Shown: positions 9,189 to 19,846, numbered from the stretch's first letter. The stretch is DNA of 64,000 bases from an uncultured Chloroflexia bacterium (GCA_963797095.1 CAWCNY010000005.1:1-64000); one strand, 5' to 3'. Program-made: numbers and translations. Notes: generated by a model from the letters alone, not told the origin.

Positions 9189-9266
9189 TGTGGTGGTTGA
9201 TGTGGTGGTTGATGTGGTGGTTGATGTGGTGGTTGATGTGGTGGTTGATGTGGTGGTTGATGTGGT
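9183..9266. repeat. tandem repeat (GGTTGATGTGGT)x7
   Basis: seven perfect 12-bp units, the first overlapping the upstream stop codon. Confidence 0.95.
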
Positions 9267-9303
9267 ATTCTAAGGGATATGTAGCACATGCTGGGAGCAT
9301 TAC

Positions 9304-10089
9304 ATGGACCTGATTTTCGACCAGACAAAAGAGCGAATACAACGTTGGGCATCAGACCCTGATGTGCTGGGTGTACTGTTGGTCGGCTCCAAAAGTCGGG
9401 GCTTTGGAGATGATCTGTCAGATGATGATCTTGAGGTGATCCTGACTGAGGAGGCCGCTGCCCGTCTCCGACCGGTTGAGTGCTCTGATCTGTTGATCGA
9501 GGGCGAAAGTCCAAATCGCAAGCTCATATATGACGCCGAGTACCTGGGAATTGATGCTCTCCGCTCGAAGATGGCATCCCACCTGGACCTCGATCATTGG
9601 CCATATGAGAGCAGTCCGATCCTGTTCGATCGATCGGGCGAACTGGAAGACCTTGTACCCGCGCTCGGTTCCATGCCTGCCGACTTTCGGTCCAAAAGAC
9701 TTCTTCACGCAACCATAGATGCCTGGATACCGCCCTACAGGGCCGGCAAGTGCATAAAGCGCGGGCAAGTGACCGCCGCGCGGCTGCTTGTCGCACGCGG
9801 AGCGCGGGCGCTCTGCCGCGTCATCTTTGCTCTGGAATGGCGGTGGGTGCCGCTCGACCATTGGCTGCAACGCGAGCTGGCCACACTGGAAGACCCCGCC
9901 GGTGTAGCCCCACTAATAATCGAGGCACTGGAGACCGGCGAAGCCAAACCGCTCTCGGACGGCCTGGCGGCTCTGGAGTCGGCCCTGGAGGCCGTGGGCG
10001 TGCCCGGACCAGAAGGCCGCAACGACCTCTTCATGGAGCTGATTTACCCGTCACGAGCCGAGGAGCGAGCAATCTATGGGCTCCAATGA
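9304..10089 (+). CDS. nucleotidyltransferase-fold protein (polymerase-beta superfamily) with helical C-terminal domain
   Basis: GVLLVGSKSRGFGDDLSDDDLEVI matches the hhGS..DxD motif. Confidence 0.7.
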   Translation: MDLIFDQTKERIQRWASDPDVLGVLLVGSKSRGFGDDLSDDDLEVILTEEAAARLRPVECSDLLIEGESPNRKLIYDAEYLGIDALRSKMASHLDLDHWPYESSPILFDRSGELEDLVPALGSMPADFRSKRLLHATIDAWIPPYRAGKCIKRGQVTAARLLVARGARALCRVIFALEWRWVPLDHWLQRELATLEDPAGVAPLIIEALETGEAKPLSDGLAALESALEAVGVPGPEGRNDLFMELIYPSRAEERAIYGLQ

Positions 10090-10396
10090 GAGTGTCAGCG
10101 TGACCTCCTGGCAGGAGAGCACCCCACCTACTGAAGCCGCGATCCAACGCAAGCTGCGCCAGGAGAACCTGAGCGCTTACGGCTGGTCAAACGGTCCTGG
10201 CCATGTATATGCTGCCCATTCCCATTCCTACAACAAAGTGATCTACGTTGTGAGAGGCACAATCACATTCGGATTGCCCGATCATCAAGAACGGTTGGAG
10301 CTAGAAGAGGGCGACCGTCTCTATCTGCCCGCCGGCACGCGCCATAATGCGGTCGCCGGCCCAGAAGGTGTCAACTGCCTGGAAGCCCACTGCTGA
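10076..10396 (+). CDS. cupin domain protein
   Basis: YAAHSH..GDRLYLPAGTRHNA. Confidence 0.85.
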   Translation: MGSNESVSVTSWQESTPPTEAAIQRKLRQENLSAYGWSNGPGHVYAAHSHSYNKVIYVVRGTITFGLPDHQERLELEEGDRLYLPAGTRHNAVAGPEGVNCLEAHC

Positions 10397-10660
10397 CTCT
10401 CAGCACCTCATACTGCCCCAAGCCAATTGCAATCGTCGCTGGCCTCCATCGCTTATGATACAGGCGTTGGCAATTTCGGACGGCAGGCAACCCATGCATT
10501 TGGACTGAATTTGCGGTTGCGCCCTCCCGCCGAAAACGAGGCATTCCGGCGAACACCCACTATTGCACCTGTGTCAAGGTTCGCAGCAAGAGTAGCAAGA
10601 TCGTTTATCACGTTGGAAACTTGGGTGCGAAGTGCCGTGTCTTTCATTTTCTCCTCCAGG

Positions 10661-12013
10661 TCAAAGAATATGGAGCGCCTGGGCGCCTTTGCGTAATTCA
10701 TCGCGAAAATCCGGGTGTGCCACACTGATCAACGCCTCGGCACGCCCGCGCACGCTTTTCCCGTACAACTGGGCTACCCCGTACTCGGTTACCACGAAAT
10801 GAACGTCGTTTCGTGTGGTCGTGACACCAGCACCCACATCCAGGACTGGCACGATCCGAGACACATGGCCGCGGAGTGCCGTCGAAGGCAGGGCGATAAT
10901 CGGCTTGCCGCCCTTCGACCGGGCAGCCCCACGCATAAAATCAACTTGCCCTCCCACACCGCTGTACAGCTTGGCGCCTATCGAGTCGGCGCAAACTTGC
11001 CCGGTGAGGTCTATCTGAAGTGCCGAATTGATCGCCACCATGTTATCGTTGCGGCTGATATTGAATGGATCGTTCGTAAAGTCCACAGGTCGAAGCTCAA
11101 TAATGGGATTGTCATGTACGAAATCGAAAAGCTTGCGTGTCCCCAGCGCGAATGATGCTACCACCTTGTTCGGCAGGAAGTTCTTTCGCTCGCCCGTAAT
11201 GACTCCCGCTTCAATCAAATCGATTATGCCATCTGAGAACATCTCGCTGTGAACGCCCAGGTCCTGCTTGTCTGCAAGAAAGCTCAGCACAGCATCCGGG
11301 ATCGCCCCGATCCCCATCTGCAAAGTATCGCCGTCCGAGATCAGTTCCGCGATATAGCCCCCGATCTTCTGATAAAGTGGCGTGGGCGTGCTCTGCGGCA
11401 TCTCAGGCAGGTCGTAACTGACTGGCACACAATAGTCGATATCACTGAGGTGGATAAACGAATTGCCCCAGACTCTGGGCACTTTGGGGTTGATCTCCGC
11501 GATCACGATCCTCGCGCTCTCCGTAGCTGGCTTCGTGGCACCCACTTCTACACCGAAGCTACAAAAGCCATGCGCATCAGGAGGGGAGACCGACACAAGA
11601 GCCACGTCGAGCGGCAAATAGCCCTCGTGAAAGAGTCGCGGGATTTCATTCAGAAACACAGGCGTAAAGTCTGCGAGGCCCGCCTGCACTGCGTTCCTCA
11701 CATTCTGCCCTATGAACAAACTGTTGCTATGAAAGCTATCCTTCAGTTCAGGCGCTGCATATTCAGCATGTCCCGCCGTAAGCACGTGAATGATTTCCAC
11801 TCCCCTTAGCTCAGGAGCACGCGTCACAAGTCCATGAGCCAGCACAAGTGGCTCTCCGCAACCGCCCCCGATATAAACGCGTTGGCCCGACTGAATCACG
11901 CGCAGGGCTTCTTCTACAGTCGTAAGTTTGCCCGTGTACTTGGCGGGCCAGTTTTCCGGCTCGGAAGCTTCAGCTTGTGAGTTGAGGGCCGCGTGAGAAC
12001 CGTCGGCAATCAT
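10661..12013 (-). CDS. acetyl-CoA hydrolase/transferase (4-hydroxybutyrate CoA-transferase-like)
   Basis: LQMGIGAIPDAV, HSEMFSDG, SGVGGQVDFMRGA, VVTEYGVA. Confidence 0.93.
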   Translation of the reverse strand: MIADGSHAALNSQAEASEPENWPAKYTGKLTTVEEALRVIQSGQRVYIGGGCGEPLVLAHGLVTRAPELRGVEIIHVLTAGHAEYAAPELKDSFHSNSLFIGQNVRNAVQAGLADFTPVFLNEIPRLFHEGYLPLDVALVSVSPPDAHGFCSFGVEVGATKPATESARIVIAEINPKVPRVWGNSFIHLSDIDYCVPVSYDLPEMPQSTPTPLYQKIGGYIAELISDGDTLQMGIGAIPDAVLSFLADKQDLGVHSEMFSDGIIDLIEAGVITGERKNFLPNKVVASFALGTRKLFDFVHDNPIIELRPVDFTNDPFNISRNDNMVAINSALQIDLTGQVCADSIGAKLYSGVGGQVDFMRGAARSKGGKPIIALPSTALRGHVSRIVPVLDVGAGVTTTRNDVHFVVTEYGVAQLYGKSVRGRAEALISVAHPDFRDELRKGAQALHIL

Positions 12014-12243
12014 AAGTCCTCCTTCTTCTCCAACTGCATGATAATCTTCTCAAGACCGGTTTACAAGTCCTCAACATAGAATGGAGGGCAAGAGTTATCG
12101 CCGGGAAATACCAAAATCAGCGAAAAACAGCAAAAGAATCATCTGTTATAATGGGCATGATCCTATCCGACGGAGCGGGTTGGCCTGAACGCCAGGAAGC
12201 AGGATCTTGCAGGCAACTTCAAAACGAGTAGCAGGTGCAGAGC

Positions 12244-12954
12244 ATGAAGTTTCTGATAGTGGACGACGACCAGAGTATCGTTGAGGCCGTCACAATAGGT
12301 TTACAGTTTCAGTGGCAAGACGCGGAAGTGATCACGGCTAAGGATGGCGAGCAGGGAGTGGAACTTTTCTTTGACGAGTCTCCCGATGTGACACTTCTTG
12401 ATGTAAATATGCCGGGAATGAGCGGGTACGAAGTATTACAAAGGATACGAGAATTATCCGATGCCCCCGTTGTGATGCTAACAGCGCGTGGCGATGAGAT
12501 GAGCAAAGTGAAAGGACTTGAAATGGGCGCTGACGACTATCTTGTCAAGCCATTCAGCCATCTGGAGCTTTTCGCCCGCATCAAAGCTGTACTGCGGCGC
12601 GCTGAGCTTCCCGGCCCTGTTAGCGCTGCGCCTTCCTTTGTTTCAGGCGAGGTTACCGTCAATTTCGACAGCCGCGAAGTTACCGTTGACTCTGAGGCGG
12701 TTAGGCTCACTCCTACGGAATACAAGCTCCTATACCAGTTGGTGAGAAATGCGGGGCGCGTGCTCCCATATGATACGCTCCTCAGTAAGGTTTGGGGCGA
12801 CGAATACCGAGGCGACCTCGATTACTTGAAGACCTACATCAGCCGGCTCCGCAAGAAGCTGAACGATAATTCGGAAGACCCCCGCTACATAATTACCGAG
12901 CGCGGTGTCGGCTATCGTTTTGCAAGGGTAACCCCGCGCGGGGAAGCTCATTAG
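12244..12954 (+). CDS. OmpR-family response regulator
   Basis: IVDDD, LLDVNMP, GADDYLVKPF, winged helix LTPTEY..TERGVGY. Confidence 0.95.
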   Translation: MKFLIVDDDQSIVEAVTIGLQFQWQDAEVITAKDGEQGVELFFDESPDVTLLDVNMPGMSGYEVLQRIRELSDAPVVMLTARGDEMSKVKGLEMGADDYLVKPFSHLELFARIKAVLRRAELPGPVSAAPSFVSGEVTVNFDSREVTVDSEAVRLTPTEYKLLYQLVRNAGRVLPYDTLLSKVWGDEYRGDLDYLKTYISRLRKKLNDNSEDPRYIITERGVGYRFARVTPRGEAH

Positions 12955-12975
12955 CGATGGGTAGAGAGTCAAGCA

Positions 12976-14283
12976 GTGGATGTCCTTTTTGAAGAGACCG
13001 GGTCAAAAGATCAGGCAGCCGCGCAACGCAGCAATCGCCGTGTCGAGCAATTGCTGGCGCTCAATAAGGCGGCAATCGCAATAACAGGCGAACTGGAGCT
13101 TGACGCGCTCCTTCAGCGCATCGTCGATGCCGCACGCGAGCTGGTGCAGTGCAAATACTCCGCTTTGGGAGTTCTCGGGGACGACGGTTACATCGTGCGT
13201 TTCCCGACATCGGGGATCTCACAAACCGAGCGTGAGCAGATAGGTGCTCCTCCCAGGGGCCACGGGCTGCTTGGTGTCATGTTGCGGGCAGGCCGTAGCC
13301 TGCGTATTCCAGACATGAGCAAGGACCCAAGAGGCGTTGGATTTCCCCCTAATCACCCGCCGATGACCAGTCTGCTAGGCGTGCCGATCTTGGTGCGCGG
13401 CAAGCTGGTTGGCGACCTTTACTTGACCGATAAGATCAGTGGCCCCGAATTCGCGGAAGAGGACGAGTGGATAGTTCAACTGCTCGCAACACACGCTGCT
13501 ACTGCTCTCACAAACTCCGAATTGCACGCAGAAAAGACCGAAGCTCTCCAACGTCTGCGCGAATTGGACGTTATGAAGGACGAATTCTTGTCCACCGCCG
13601 CCCATGAGCTGCGCACTCCTCTTACTACGATACGCATGTCGGCGGGGCTTGCACACGAGCAAATGAAGGCATTGGCGGCTCAGGGCAACCTCGATCCTCG
13701 CCTGGTTGACCTGGTCGGGCTCGTGCTCGATGGCAGCATTCGCATGCATGCCCTTGTCAACGACTTGCTCGACCTCACCCGTCTGGAGCAAGGGCGCGCT
13801 ACCCTCAGCATTGATGATGTAGACCTGCGTGATGTGGTGCGCGCTTCCGTAGAAGCAACCAAAGCCCTCTTTGAGAACAAAGGGCAGCAGTTGGCGGTTC
13901 ACTTGCCGGAAGTCCAGTGCTGGGTGCGAGGCGATGCAGCGCGGTTGGAGCAGATAGTAATTAACCTTCTTACAAACGCACACAAGTACACCCCTGAAGG
14001 TTCCAGGACTGAAGTGCGCGCGGTTCGAGCCGGGTCGGAATGCCGGGTGCTGGTGCGCGACAATGGGCCTGGAATACTGGCGGAGGAAGCGGACCTCATT
14101 TTCGACCGTTTCTACCGCAGCAAGCAACACCGGCAGGACCGCACCCCCAGCACGGGCCTGGGTCTGCCTATAGCAAAGACCATTGCCGAGCTTCATCGAG
14201 GACGAATTTGGGAAGAACCGGCCCCCGGCGGGGGCGGCCTGTTTGTCCTGACCCTTCCAGCGGCTAGTCCAAGCGAAAACTAA
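12976..14283 (+). CDS. cytoplasmic GAF-domain sensor histidine kinase
   Basis: GAF (GFPPNHPPMTSLLGVP), HELRTPL, NLLTNAHKY, DNGPG, GLGL. Confidence 0.93.
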   Translation: MDVLFEETGSKDQAAAQRSNRRVEQLLALNKAAIAITGELELDALLQRIVDAARELVQCKYSALGVLGDDGYIVRFPTSGISQTEREQIGAPPRGHGLLGVMLRAGRSLRIPDMSKDPRGVGFPPNHPPMTSLLGVPILVRGKLVGDLYLTDKISGPEFAEEDEWIVQLLATHAATALTNSELHAEKTEALQRLRELDVMKDEFLSTAAHELRTPLTTIRMSAGLAHEQMKALAAQGNLDPRLVDLVGLVLDGSIRMHALVNDLLDLTRLEQGRATLSIDDVDLRDVVRASVEATKALFENKGQQLAVHLPEVQCWVRGDAARLEQIVINLLTNAHKYTPEGSRTEVRAVRAGSECRVLVRDNGPGILAEEADLIFDRFYRSKQHRQDRTPSTGLGLPIAKTIAELHRGRIWEEPAPGGGGLFVLTLPAASPSEN

Positions 14284-16559
14284 TGCCCCGCATACAAAGG
14301 TCAGTACCTATCCGCTGGTCGCTCTTTTCACTCTGTACTCTTTTCGTCGCTTCACTGGTCGTGGCCTGGTTGGCTCTGCCGGCGCTTGCGTTTGCGCATG
14401 CCGAACTCTACAGAAGTGACCCGAGGAATGGTGCTGTCCTCGATACCCCTCCTGCCGAGGCAAAGCTCTATTTCACGGAGGATGTTGGCCTTGAGTTCAG
14501 CAGTGCCGTGCTCTATGATCGCTCCCAGAAAGAATACCCGACCGGAACCCTAACACACTCCGGCAGCGATACCGCCAGCATGGTCGTGCCGCTGCCTCAG
14601 GATATACCCAATGGCGCTTACATCCTTATCTGGCGAGTGATTTCGGGGGTTGACGGCCACCTGACTCTTGGAACTGTCTCCTTCAATGTCGGACCCGTTG
14701 ATCCCAACGAGCCTCCGATCAATTCGACCTTCGCGCAGCGCGTTGGCAACGGTGAGCTCAGCGCCGATAGCGATAATGCCGACCCATTTCGCTGGGTTGT
14801 GCGCGCGTGGGTTCTGGCCGCCGCCACTCTTCTGCTCGGCGGGTCCGTATTTACGGTATTGATCATCGAGCCTTCGGCCGCCGAGAGTGACCAGGAAGGC
14901 GAAACCCTATGGCGAGCGGCCGGCGCGCGTTTCGCGGGCGTGGCGGCGGGCGTGGCTGCCGGGCTTATCGCAGGCCTGGTATTCGATCTACTCGCCCAGG
15001 TGGCCCTGATTGGGAACACCGATCTGCTGGCCGCCCTTAGTCAGGGCGATACTCTGCTAACCCTGCTAAACTCCACGCGCTTCGGATTTGCCTGGATCAT
15101 GAAGGCGCTGGCGGCGGCCCTGTTGCTCTTCTTGATGATCCTGGTGTGGGCCTTCAACAGGCGCGGTGGCTCCGGTCTGTGGGAGATCGGCATAGCTGCC
15201 GGTTCGCTCCTCCTCCTGGCGGAATCGCTGAGCAGCCACGCTGCCGCTGCCGTCAACTATGGTCAACTGCTTGGCTTGCCGATACCTCTCATTAGCGATT
15301 GGCTGCATCTTGTGACGGTGGCCACCTGGACCGGCGGGCTTGGCTATATGGTACTTGTGCTCTTCCCCACATTTCGCAGGCTCAACTATACTTCAGAGAC
15401 GCGGCGCGCCTTCCTTGCCAGGAGCATCCCGCGATTTTCCCGCCTGGCAATCGTCAGCGTAATAACCCTGGCCACCACCGGTCTATTCAATCTTGTGGTG
15501 CATACCATTGACGTTGAGGCCATAATCACAACTACCTACGGGCAGGTGCTGCTCATAAAAGTGGCGTTGTTCGTGGTGCTGGTGGCGTTGGGGGCCGTAA
15601 ACCTGCGTCGACTCAGTCCGCGCTTGCAGGCGGCGCGCACCGGCAAGACCGGCGGTACGCTCACTCAGATGTCCGAGGACAGCACTAACGCAGTGACCGG
15701 TCTATGGCATAGCGTTCAACTCGAAGCGGTGCTCGCTGCCACCGCGATAGTGTGCGCGGCGGGGCTTACGCTACTTCCTCCGCCTACTGGCGGAATCGCC
15801 AGCACACCGGTCGCCTCGACGCAGCAGCCCGTTGCCCAGCCTACCCCTGATAGCACTGTTGCTTCCTCATCTCAAACCGTCGGCGCAGGCTACACGCTCA
15901 CTATGACTTTACAGAAGGGAGACACAGCCGACCAGGTGACCTTGGAGGTCCTGAGGAGCGATCCGGCTTCCCCGCCCCTGACTGACGTGACAACCATGAT
16001 TTTCCGGGTGACACCCCAAGACCTGGAGGCCGGAAGTAGCTCCTTCGAGCAAGACCAGACCGATACGCTCGAGCCAGACAAAGCTGCCTGGAAAGTAAAA
16101 GGAGCCATTCTGCCGATCGATGGCCATTACATCATCAACGTAACTCTCCGGCGACTCGAGTCGGATGATCTGCGAGCCGCTTTCTCAGTCAACGTTGCAG
16201 AAGGCAGCAGCCCGGTAGTTGCTCCCACCACGGCGCTCCAGGTGCGGCTCGTGACAGATCCAAGCCCGCCCATATCGGGAACCGTGAAACTGTCGATAAC
16301 CCTGCTCGATGGTGACGGCAAACCTATTGAAGGAGCTCAACTGAGCGTTGCGGCCGGCCGCCCCGCCTCGCAAGAGGCTCCCCTTGTCGTCGCCGCCCTT
16401 CCTGTCGAAGGCAATCGTGGTGTCTTCATAGCTTCGTTTGACCTGCACACACCCGGCTCCTGGCTACTCGCCTTTACTGTCGAGCGCCCGGGTTTGCCTA
16501 CCCTCAAGAGCGATGCCGGCTTCGATGTGCAAGCTCCTGACGCAGACACGAGTCCTTGA
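14283..16559 (+). CDS. CopC-CopD fusion copper resistance/uptake protein with C-terminal Ig-like (YtkA-like) domains
   Basis: signal peptide then HAEL, WRVISGVDGH (CopC); SSHAAA, DWLHL..WTGG, YGQVLLIK (CopD). Confidence 0.85.
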   Translation: MPRIQRSVPIRWSLFSLCTLFVASLVVAWLALPALAFAHAELYRSDPRNGAVLDTPPAEAKLYFTEDVGLEFSSAVLYDRSQKEYPTGTLTHSGSDTASMVVPLPQDIPNGAYILIWRVISGVDGHLTLGTVSFNVGPVDPNEPPINSTFAQRVGNGELSADSDNADPFRWVVRAWVLAAATLLLGGSVFTVLIIEPSAAESDQEGETLWRAAGARFAGVAAGVAAGLIAGLVFDLLAQVALIGNTDLLAALSQGDTLLTLLNSTRFGFAWIMKALAAALLLFLMILVWAFNRRGGSGLWEIGIAAGSLLLLAESLSSHAAAAVNYGQLLGLPIPLISDWLHLVTVATWTGGLGYMVLVLFPTFRRLNYTSETRRAFLARSIPRFSRLAIVSVITLATTGLFNLVVHTIDVEAIITTTYGQVLLIKVALFVVLVALGAVNLRRLSPRLQAARTGKTGGTLTQMSEDSTNAVTGLWHSVQLEAVLAATAIVCAAGLTLLPPPTGGIASTPVASTQQPVAQPTPDSTVASSSQTVGAGYTLTMTLQKGDTADQVTLEVLRSDPASPPLTDVTTMIFRVTPQDLEAGSSSFEQDQTDTLEPDKAAWKVKGAILPIDGHYIINVTLRRLESDDLRAAFSVNVAEGSSPVVAPTTALQVRLVTDPSPPISGTVKLSITLLDGDGKPIEGAQLSVAAGRPASQEAPLVVAALPVEGNRGVFIASFDLHTPGSWLLAFTVERPGLPTLKSDAGFDVQAPDADTSP

Positions 16560-16586
16560 CTGGCATCGCACGCTTATTCCAACACC

Positions 16587-17546
16587 TCAATAGCCGGTGA
16601 GCCTATCAATCATCCCCCGCTCGCGTGCCTGGTTCTCCACCCAGCGGAAGAAGAAGTACGAGATGACCGCACTCAGCGCCGCGCTGGCCGCGAGGATCGC
16701 CAGTAGCTGCCAGTTGTCGAGCGCCGCAAGGAGGGGACTGATCGGCTGCACTACCGTCGTGCCGTTGGGGCCGGGAACCGTTGCCGTCAGCACCCCGCCA
16801 TTCAAAGCGCGTCTCATGCCCTCAAGCCAGTAGGTAATAGGCAGGCCAAGGCTGATCTCGCGGATAAACGGAGGCAATATATCCACCGGGGAATATGCAC
16901 CACTGAACAGGAGCAAGCTGCCGGCCGTGACCTCGCCGATTGCGCCCCCATGCCGGGCGACCACAAGCGCCACTCCCGCTAGAATCAACCCCAATGACAA
17001 CAACGAGACCATCCCCAAAGGGAAGTAGACCGCCAGCCATCCCCACTCTATCCTGCTGACGTCCAGCTGGAGTCCAAGAAACAGCAGGCCGGTGGTCAGG
17101 AGCACCAGCGTGGTCATAATGCCCAGCGTGATCTTGGCAACCCCCCTCCCAAGTAAGTACGCGAGCTTGCGGGCAGGCGAGGTATAGACGTACTTGAGCA
17201 TCTTGTAATTCTCCCGGTCGTCGAGGATCGTCCACGCCAAACCCGACATCGTTTCGATCACCAGCACGAAGAACGCGTTGCTCAAATAGAGGTAGTTGAA
17301 GTAATCGCCACGCTGCCCACCCGCGATAACCTGGTACATAAGGACCAGGATCAAAGCGGTGGCCATCGGCCTCAGAATGGTGAAGATGAAGAAGACCAGC
17401 GGGTCCGCCCAGTTCCCCTCCACCTGCCAGCCCAGTCGGGCAGCAACCCTGAAAGTGCGCAGGTGCTCGCGCCACGCCGAAACTTCCGGTTCCTCCTGAT
17501 CTACCGCGTTTGTTGAGGCAAGTTGCATAGTCTTTTCATTCTCCAT
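16587..17546 (-). CDS. ABC-2 type transporter permease
   Basis: multiple TMs, DDRENYKMLKYVYTSP, LPITYWLEGMR; start moved to 17546 to avoid overlap. Confidence 0.85.
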   Translation of the reverse strand: MENEKTMQLASTNAVDQEEPEVSAWREHLRTFRVAARLGWQVEGNWADPLVFFIFTILRPMATALILVLMYQVIAGGQRGDYFNYLYLSNAFFVLVIETMSGLAWTILDDRENYKMLKYVYTSPARKLAYLLGRGVAKITLGIMTTLVLLTTGLLFLGLQLDVSRIEWGWLAVYFPLGMVSLLSLGLILAGVALVVARHGGAIGEVTAGSLLLFSGAYSPVDILPPFIREISLGLPITYWLEGMRRALNGGVLTATVPGPNGTTVVQPISPLLAALDNWQLLAILAASAALSAVISYFFFRWVENQARERGMIDRLTGY

Positions 17547-17566
17547 CGGTGGTCGACAGTTTGATG

Positions 17567-18412
17567 TTACTGCCAGCGGAGGCTCAGCCGTGCCTCCACT
17601 TTTGCCAGCCATTCCATTCGCTTGAGCATGAGGAATGCTGCCGTTACGAATATCACTCCCATCCCTGCAAGAATCAAAAGCTCCAGCCAGGGTGCGAGCA
17701 CGCCAACCAGCTGGCCGGGAAAGAGCAATTGCCTCATAGCATCCAGGCCCAGGCTGACCGGGACAGCAGCCGAAACGAGGGTGACGGCTCCCTGCATGAA
17801 AGCAGGCACGCTGCTGAAGAGCCTGCTCAGCGGGAAGTTCAAACCCGACAGGAAGAAAACAGGCTCCTGAAGCGCAAGCGATACCTGCCAAGCCTCTCTA
17901 CCCCACATCAGGAAGACTGAGCTAAGCAACATCCCCATCCCATACAGCGCAATCATTGCCACCACGAACACCAGCAAAGCAAAAGCCCATTGGCTCCCAT
18001 CGAACTGCACACTGTAAAGTATCGAGCCGACAAGGGCAATGGCTCCCGCGCGCATGGTGCTCATGTACAACCCGCCCACGCCCATGCCCAGCAATATCGA
18101 CATCAACGGCGCGGGCGACATGATGTATATCTCCAACAACCCCGCCTGCTTGTCCCAGTAGAGTTGCGAAGCCATCATCCAGAGCACGTTCAGCCAGAAG
18201 GTTGCCATAGCGCCACCAAGCACCACAAAACCCACATATGCCTCAGGTGCATTCAGTGCCCTGTACAAAAACACAAACGCAGAGACGTTTATCAGCGGTA
18301 TCACAATATCGAAGAAGAGCCAGCTAAGCTCTCGATGCGCCCCGAAAACACGAGGATAGCCGCGCGCAACAGCGCCCCGCAAGAATAGCTCAAATCCCCT
18401 GCTCTGTCTCAC
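17567..18412 (-). CDS. ABC-2 type transporter permease
   Basis: TMs, DKQAGLLEIYIMSP, GLDAMRQLL. Confidence 0.87.
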   Translation of the reverse strand: MRQSRGFELFLRGAVARGYPRVFGAHRELSWLFFDIVIPLINVSAFVFLYRALNAPEAYVGFVVLGGAMATFWLNVLWMMASQLYWDKQAGLLEIYIMSPAPLMSILLGMGVGGLYMSTMRAGAIALVGSILYSVQFDGSQWAFALLVFVVAMIALYGMGMLLSSVFLMWGREAWQVSLALQEPVFFLSGLNFPLSRLFSSVPAFMQGAVTLVSAAVPVSLGLDAMRQLLFPGQLVGVLAPWLELLILAGMGVIFVTAAFLMLKRMEWLAKVEARLSLRWQ

Positions 18413-18425
18413 GTTACGCTCCTTC

Positions 18426-19553
18426 TTATGCCTCGCTTGTCAGGCTGCGGCCAACCAGCTTGATGAATACGTCCTCAAGAGTTGGCTCGTCCTTCTCAAG
18501 TGCCAGGATACCCCCGTTATGCGCCGCCAGCGTGCTCACCACTGAGCCGATAGCCAACTCCTCTTCAAGGATGAAGCGCAGCCTGTGCGCAGCGCCACCT
18601 TCATCGGGCGTAGAGGTTACCCGTACCACGCCGGGCGCAGCTTGCAGAGCACTCACCGTGCGGTCTGTTACACCCGATGCGCTGATTTCAAACGTGGGCT
18701 GTTTCTGAAGGAGGCGCTTGAGGTTGGCCGGTGTGTCACAGGCCAGCACTTTGCCGTGGTCTATGATCGCTATACGGTCGCATAGTTCGTCCGCCTCTGC
18801 CATATAGTGTGTCGTGAGCAGAAGCGTGCGCCTGGGGTTCTCGTGCAGCCACTCTCTCGTGAAGTCGCGAATGATGCGGGCCGCATGCACGTCCAGGCCG
18901 AGCGTCGGCTCGTCCAGGAACATCACTTTGGGGTCAGTGATGAACCCTCGGCAGAAATTCATCCGCTGGCGCTGGCCCGTGCTGAGCGAGCTAACCAGCG
19001 CGTTACGCTTGTCCTCCAGTTCCACGATCTTGAGCATCTCGTCGATGCGCGCATTGGAGTCTTTCCACGTTACGCCGTAAAACTGGCTGAACATCCAGAG
19101 ATTTTCGCGAACCGTCAGGATGCCGTAGCCGCTCGTTTCACCTCCGCTCACCATGTTGATCCGGCGGCGCACTTCCTGCGATTGCTTGACAACGTCCAGC
19201 CCATCAACGCGAGCTATGCCGTTGGTGGGAGCAAGCAGGGTAGTAAGAATCTTGATGAGCGTGGTCTTCCCCGCCCCGTTCGGTCCAAGAAGCCCAAATA
19301 ACTCCCCCTGATAGACGTCCAGGTCCACCCCGTCAAGCGCGGCGAGCGTCTTCGGCGGCTCCCCGTTGCCCTTCTTCCTATCCTTCTTTTCTGCTCTTAC
19401 TTTGTAAATGCGGGTAAGATTCTCGACCTCAATTGCGAGCGGTTTGCCCGCATTGCGTTCAACGGCCTGCGCATTGGCGATCTTTGCCGCCTCTTCCATT
19501 GCCTCCCTTAGCTCGGTATCTGAAATAGTGTCGTGTTGAATGTCCAAGCTCAT
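18426..19553 (-). CDS. ABC transporter ATP-binding protein
   Basis: GPNGAGKT, LSTGQRQR, FLDEPT, TTHYMAEA; likely start MSLDIQ. Confidence 0.93.
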   Translation of the reverse strand: MSLDIQHDTISDTELREAMEEAAKIANAQAVERNAGKPLAIEVENLTRIYKVRAEKKDRKKGNGEPPKTLAALDGVDLDVYQGELFGLLGPNGAGKTTLIKILTTLLAPTNGIARVDGLDVVKQSQEVRRRINMVSGGETSGYGILTVRENLWMFSQFYGVTWKDSNARIDEMLKIVELEDKRNALVSSLSTGQRQRMNFCRGFITDPKVMFLDEPTLGLDVHAARIIRDFTREWLHENPRRTLLLTTHYMAEADELCDRIAIIDHGKVLACDTPANLKRLLQKQPTFEISASGVTDRTVSALQAAPGVVRVTSTPDEGGAAHRLRFILEEELAIGSVVSTLAAHNGGILALEKDEPTLEDVFIKLVGRSLTSEA

Positions 19554-19846
19554 AGAACCTCCGGGGAAATAATAAGACAGTCGCCACTCTCCTACCGGCA
19601 TGCTGGCCACATCCGGCAGCGCAGCCCGTTCTACCGGCAGTTGGCCCTTGATGCAGGTTCATCGGTCGCGACATGGGCGCGATGGTAAGCTACATGCTGA
19701 CAGGGGTGCTAGTAGCATAACACGAACCCTGGGCCGTCACATTCCGACCATCCGCGCAAATCTATCTACGTCTATGGTCGTAGAACCTGGTTGAGTGGTA
19801 TACTAGCAATCCGGAGAGCATAAATCGCAACAAAGGAGGACCCTCG

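Noticed and set aside
8995-9514. ORFs with VVVD/HINH/PPHQ repeats
   Set aside because: These are translations of the 12-bp DNA repeat overlapping real genes
16587-17891. 434-aa permease as listed in the ORF track
   Set aside because: The first 115 codons overlap the upstream permease; the real start is probably 17546 or 17528
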